Assembly: GCA_964016885.1 (NCBI GenBank)
Contig: CAXHJY010000301.1
Coordinates: 1 to 64,000, forward strand
Source of the DNA: Eledone cirrhosa
Lineage: Eukaryota
Reading direction: 5' to 3'
Length of the DNA: 64,000 bases
How positions within the stretch are numbered: position 1 is the first letter of the stretch; every line of letters starts with the position of its first letter. Of the stretch, positions 58,500 through 64,000 are shown piece after piece. The notes below the pieces were generated by a model, which ran no database searches, was not told the origin of the DNA, and saw nothing but the letters and a program-made list of their open reading frames with translations. A program made the position numbers and the translations under genes.

Positions 58500-58905
58500 G
58501 TGTGTGTGTGTGTATATAATTACATATACATGTGTGTGTTTATATTGTATACGTGTACGTGTTTGCGTATGTATGTGTATGTACGTGTTTATGTATTTGT
58601 ATATGTATATTTATGTGTGAGAGTGTGTGTATGTGTTTACTATTTCGAACGTATGTATATGCGCTTATGTGTGTATTACTTACCACGCGTGTCTGTCCTG
58701 TTAGCTGGGGCATGTATCGCTGTCAAATATTTGTTAATATTATTTATATTTTTTTTTTTTTTTTTTTCTTATATTTATTTGCGTGTGTTAATATGTAGTG
58801 GAGTGCATTCATGTATGTGTATGTATGTACGTTGTATGTTTGTGTGAATGTATGTATATGTGTGTGTATATATATGTGTGTGTGTATGTGTAGGCTTGTA
58901 CACAC

Positions 58906-58945
<40 letters not shown>

Positions 58946-58968
58946 ATATGTGTATATGTGTGTATATG

Positions 58969-59008
<40 letters not shown>

Positions 59009-59034
59009 GATATGTACATGTGTATATATATGTA

Positions 59035-59068
<34 letters not shown>

Positions 59069-59176
59069 CGTGTGTATGTATGAATATATGTATGTGTATA
59101 TGTGTGTATATATATGTGTATGTGTGTGTAGGTGTACGCTCTTTTTATATATATATATATGTGTATGTATGTGTAT

Positions 59177-59208
<32 letters not shown>

Positions 59209-59420
59209 GTATGTGTATGTGTATATGTGTATGCGTGCAAATTATATGTGTATATATGTGTGTGTGTGTAAGTATGCTTTTGGGTTTTTTTGTGTGTGTT
59301 TGCATGTGTAGTTTTATTTTATTTTATTTTTCCTTTCCTTCTCCCTTTTCCAGCCTCACTTTCATATAGATTGCATTTTCGTTTTTAGAATCCATATTCA
59401 ATAAACAAACCAGGATTTTT

Positions 59421-59474
59421 CATTCTGAGGATTGAAAGCAAAACCTTTTGCTTTTAAGAAACCACTGGTAAATG
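59421..59474 (+). ncRNA. Type I hammerhead (family 8, GUA)
   Basis: CAUU CUGAGGA UUGAAAGCAAA-accu-UUUGCUUUUAA GAA ACC-acu-GGU A AAUG. Confidence 0.82.
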
Positions 59475-59613
59475 GAATAATTGCCTTATGTTGTTTATTA
59501 CATAATAATAATAATTAAGCTCTGTTGCTTACATAGAGCACTCTTTTTTCCTGGACTTTTCCGATGGAATTACTTCATTTATGTATATATATATATATAT
59601 GTATATATATATG

Positions 59614-59646
<33 letters not shown>

Positions 59647-59736
59647 GTATATATATATATATATGTATATGTATATATGTATATATATATATATATGTAT
59701 ATGTATATATATATATATGTATATATGTATATATAT

Positions 59737-59793
<57 letters not shown>

Positions 59794-59886
59794 TATGTAT
59801 ATAACTGAGCACACAAATCACACAGAGAAACAAAATGGCGTAGGACAGAAGAAAGGAAAGGCACAGAAACAAAGAGAGGAATCCCC

Positions 59887-59931
59887 AGTCACTGAAGAGG
59901 TCACAGAGTGTGTGACGAAAGGACTATGACT
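59887..59931 (+). ncRNA. Type I hammerhead with an extra nucleotide after A9 (family 9), in insert 59803-60152
   Basis: AGUCA CUGAAGA g GUCACA-gagug-UGUGAC GAA AG-ga-CU A UGACU. Confidence 0.68.
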
Positions 59932-60152
59932 ATATATAAACAACTATCTGGTTGTGGAACCAACCAACCAACCAGAAATTTATAAATTTGTAGATTTGTA
60001 AATTTATAAATTTATAAATATATAATAAATTGAAGTGAAAGCAACTGGTGCGTGTGTTTCTTATTGGCAACATGACCCTCCCAAAGTATAACAATATCGG
60101 TTTCAACACACGATTTCAGATAAAGAATCTTGCTAAACAAATTCAGAAACGA

Positions 60153-62174
<2,022 letters not shown>

Positions 62175-62647
62175 GTGATTTTGGATGGCCATTGACTCTT
62201 AAGAGCTCCTTTGCCCTTTGCCCTTTAGCCTTAGTCAAGGCAGAATTCTAGGAGAAGGAAAACTCTGATATAACACCTGCAACCCTGATGGTATCCAATG
62301 ATGTTGACTTGTTCTTCTTTTTGGTAAATAGCATCTTGGTTAAGAGAGTGGGACTGGCTTTGTGCAGTGCCTTTGCTCACTATAAAAGCTTCACGGCACA
62401 GGCATTGCTTTATATCTGGAGATCTCTCTGCACTTGTCCTCACATGGGCCCAGCACTATGTGTCAATAATTGTCCTACCATGGGCCTAGCACTATGTGTC
62501 AATAATTGTCACAGGTGTAGTGTTTGTACCAGAGGTTTCAAGTCGCTGGCTGGACTAAAAAGTCACACTCGTTCAGCGCTTCGGTAGGGGTTATCCTACA
62601 TGGATGTAAAGTAGTGGCCGTACTCGAAAACGAGTTGGCAGCCACCA
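62175..62647 (+). mobile_element. Third copy of the RTE-derived non-autonomous element, with 5' inversion
   Basis: 62221-62647 is the reverse complement of 7515-7912, whereas 62175-62220 matches 7925-7970 in the same orientation. Confidence 0.8.
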
Positions 62648-62691
62648 TATATATATGTATGTATGTATATATATATATATATGTATGTATG

Positions 62692-62728
<37 letters not shown>

Positions 62729-62729
62729 G

Positions 62730-62836
<107 letters not shown>

Positions 62837-62860
62837 GTATATATATATATATATATATAT

Positions 62861-62915
62861 ACTCTTTTACTCTTTTACCTGTTTCAGCCATCCGGCTGAG
62901 GCCATGCTGGGGCAC
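62861..62915 (-). mobile_element. Extreme 3' tip of a retroelement with (GTAAAAGA)n tail
   Basis: actcttttactcttttacctgtttcagccatccggctgaggccatgctggggcac between TA arrays; family assignment from memory only. Confidence 0.45.
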
Positions 62916-62922
62916 ATATATG

Positions 62923-63039
<117 letters not shown>

Positions 63040-63132
63040 ATATATATGTATGTATATATATATATATATGTATGTATATATATATGTATGTATATATATA
63101 TATATATATATGTATGTATATATATATGTATG

Positions 63133-63223
<91 letters not shown>

Positions 63224-63296
63224 ATATATATATATATACATATATGTATGTATGTATATATATATATATATATATACATATATGTATGTATGTATA

Positions 63297-63371
<75 letters not shown>

Positions 63372-63372
63372 G

Positions 63373-63500
<128 letters not shown>

Positions 63501-63524
63501 TATGTATCTATATATATATATGTA

Positions 63525-63689
<165 letters not shown>

Positions 63690-63747
63690 GTATATGTATA
63701 TATATATATATGTATATATATGTATATATATATATATATATATATAG

Positions 63748-63976
63748 GAACCAGTAAGACCCCGACAGCTGAGCTCAAGCCGTTTCGACGGCTAATTCTG
63801 GACATATACATACATATATATATGTATGTATATTCTGCGTCCAGAATTAGCCGTCGAAACGGCTTGAGCTCAGCTGTCGGGGTCTTACTGGTTCTTATTA
63901 CCCACTCTACTACCTCAAGTATTGAGTACTTTGGTGCGTTATGGTCCACCTGGTTCCTTACCACATTTCCTTCGTT
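63748..63976. mobile_element. Tiny fold-back element with the 3' half of a hammerhead and a one-sided tail
   Basis: Perfect 56-bp arms 63748-63803 / 63839-63894; tail 63895-63976. Confidence 0.75.
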
Positions 63977-64000
63977 ATATATATATATATGTATATATAT

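Larger units (their letters stand above)
56690..59580 (+). mobile_element. Penelope-like element (5'-truncated) with microsatellite-rich 3' region and two hammerheads
   Basis: GIY-YIG ORF followed by related HHR motifs at 57946 and 59421; right end approximate. Confidence 0.8.

Overview
Eukaryotic, very AT- and microsatellite-rich DNA whose repeat content looks like a cephalopod (Octopus-like; inference). The only host gene seen is three in-frame spliced exons (+ strand, 10376-17908) of a GALNT10-like polypeptide N-acetylgalactosaminyltransferase. Bases 1-18.3 kb hold old eroded repeats (RTE remnants, SINEs, MITEs, Helitron-like elements, a mariner fossil, a 24-bp minisatellite). From 18.4 kb to the end no further exon was recognised. 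This apparent intron is a nest of young retroelements, each flanked by (TA)n/(TATG)n arrays: eight RTE LINE copies (a PHD-like finger sits inside the RT), one CR1/L2-group LINE and three GIY-YIG Penelope-like elements (PLEs). Main observation: reading by eye gives 16 type I hammerhead ribozyme (HHR) motifs in 9 distinct sequence families, plus one truncated motif. They occur in retrozyme-like tandem repeats (312 and 483 bp), in kb-scale fold-back palindromes with a one-sided tail, and in PLE 3' regions, several with core variants (U3-A8, C4, extra nucleotide, long stem II). All folds were done by hand and no activity is demonstrated. The long Ile/Tyr-rich ORFs in the track are microsatellite artefacts.
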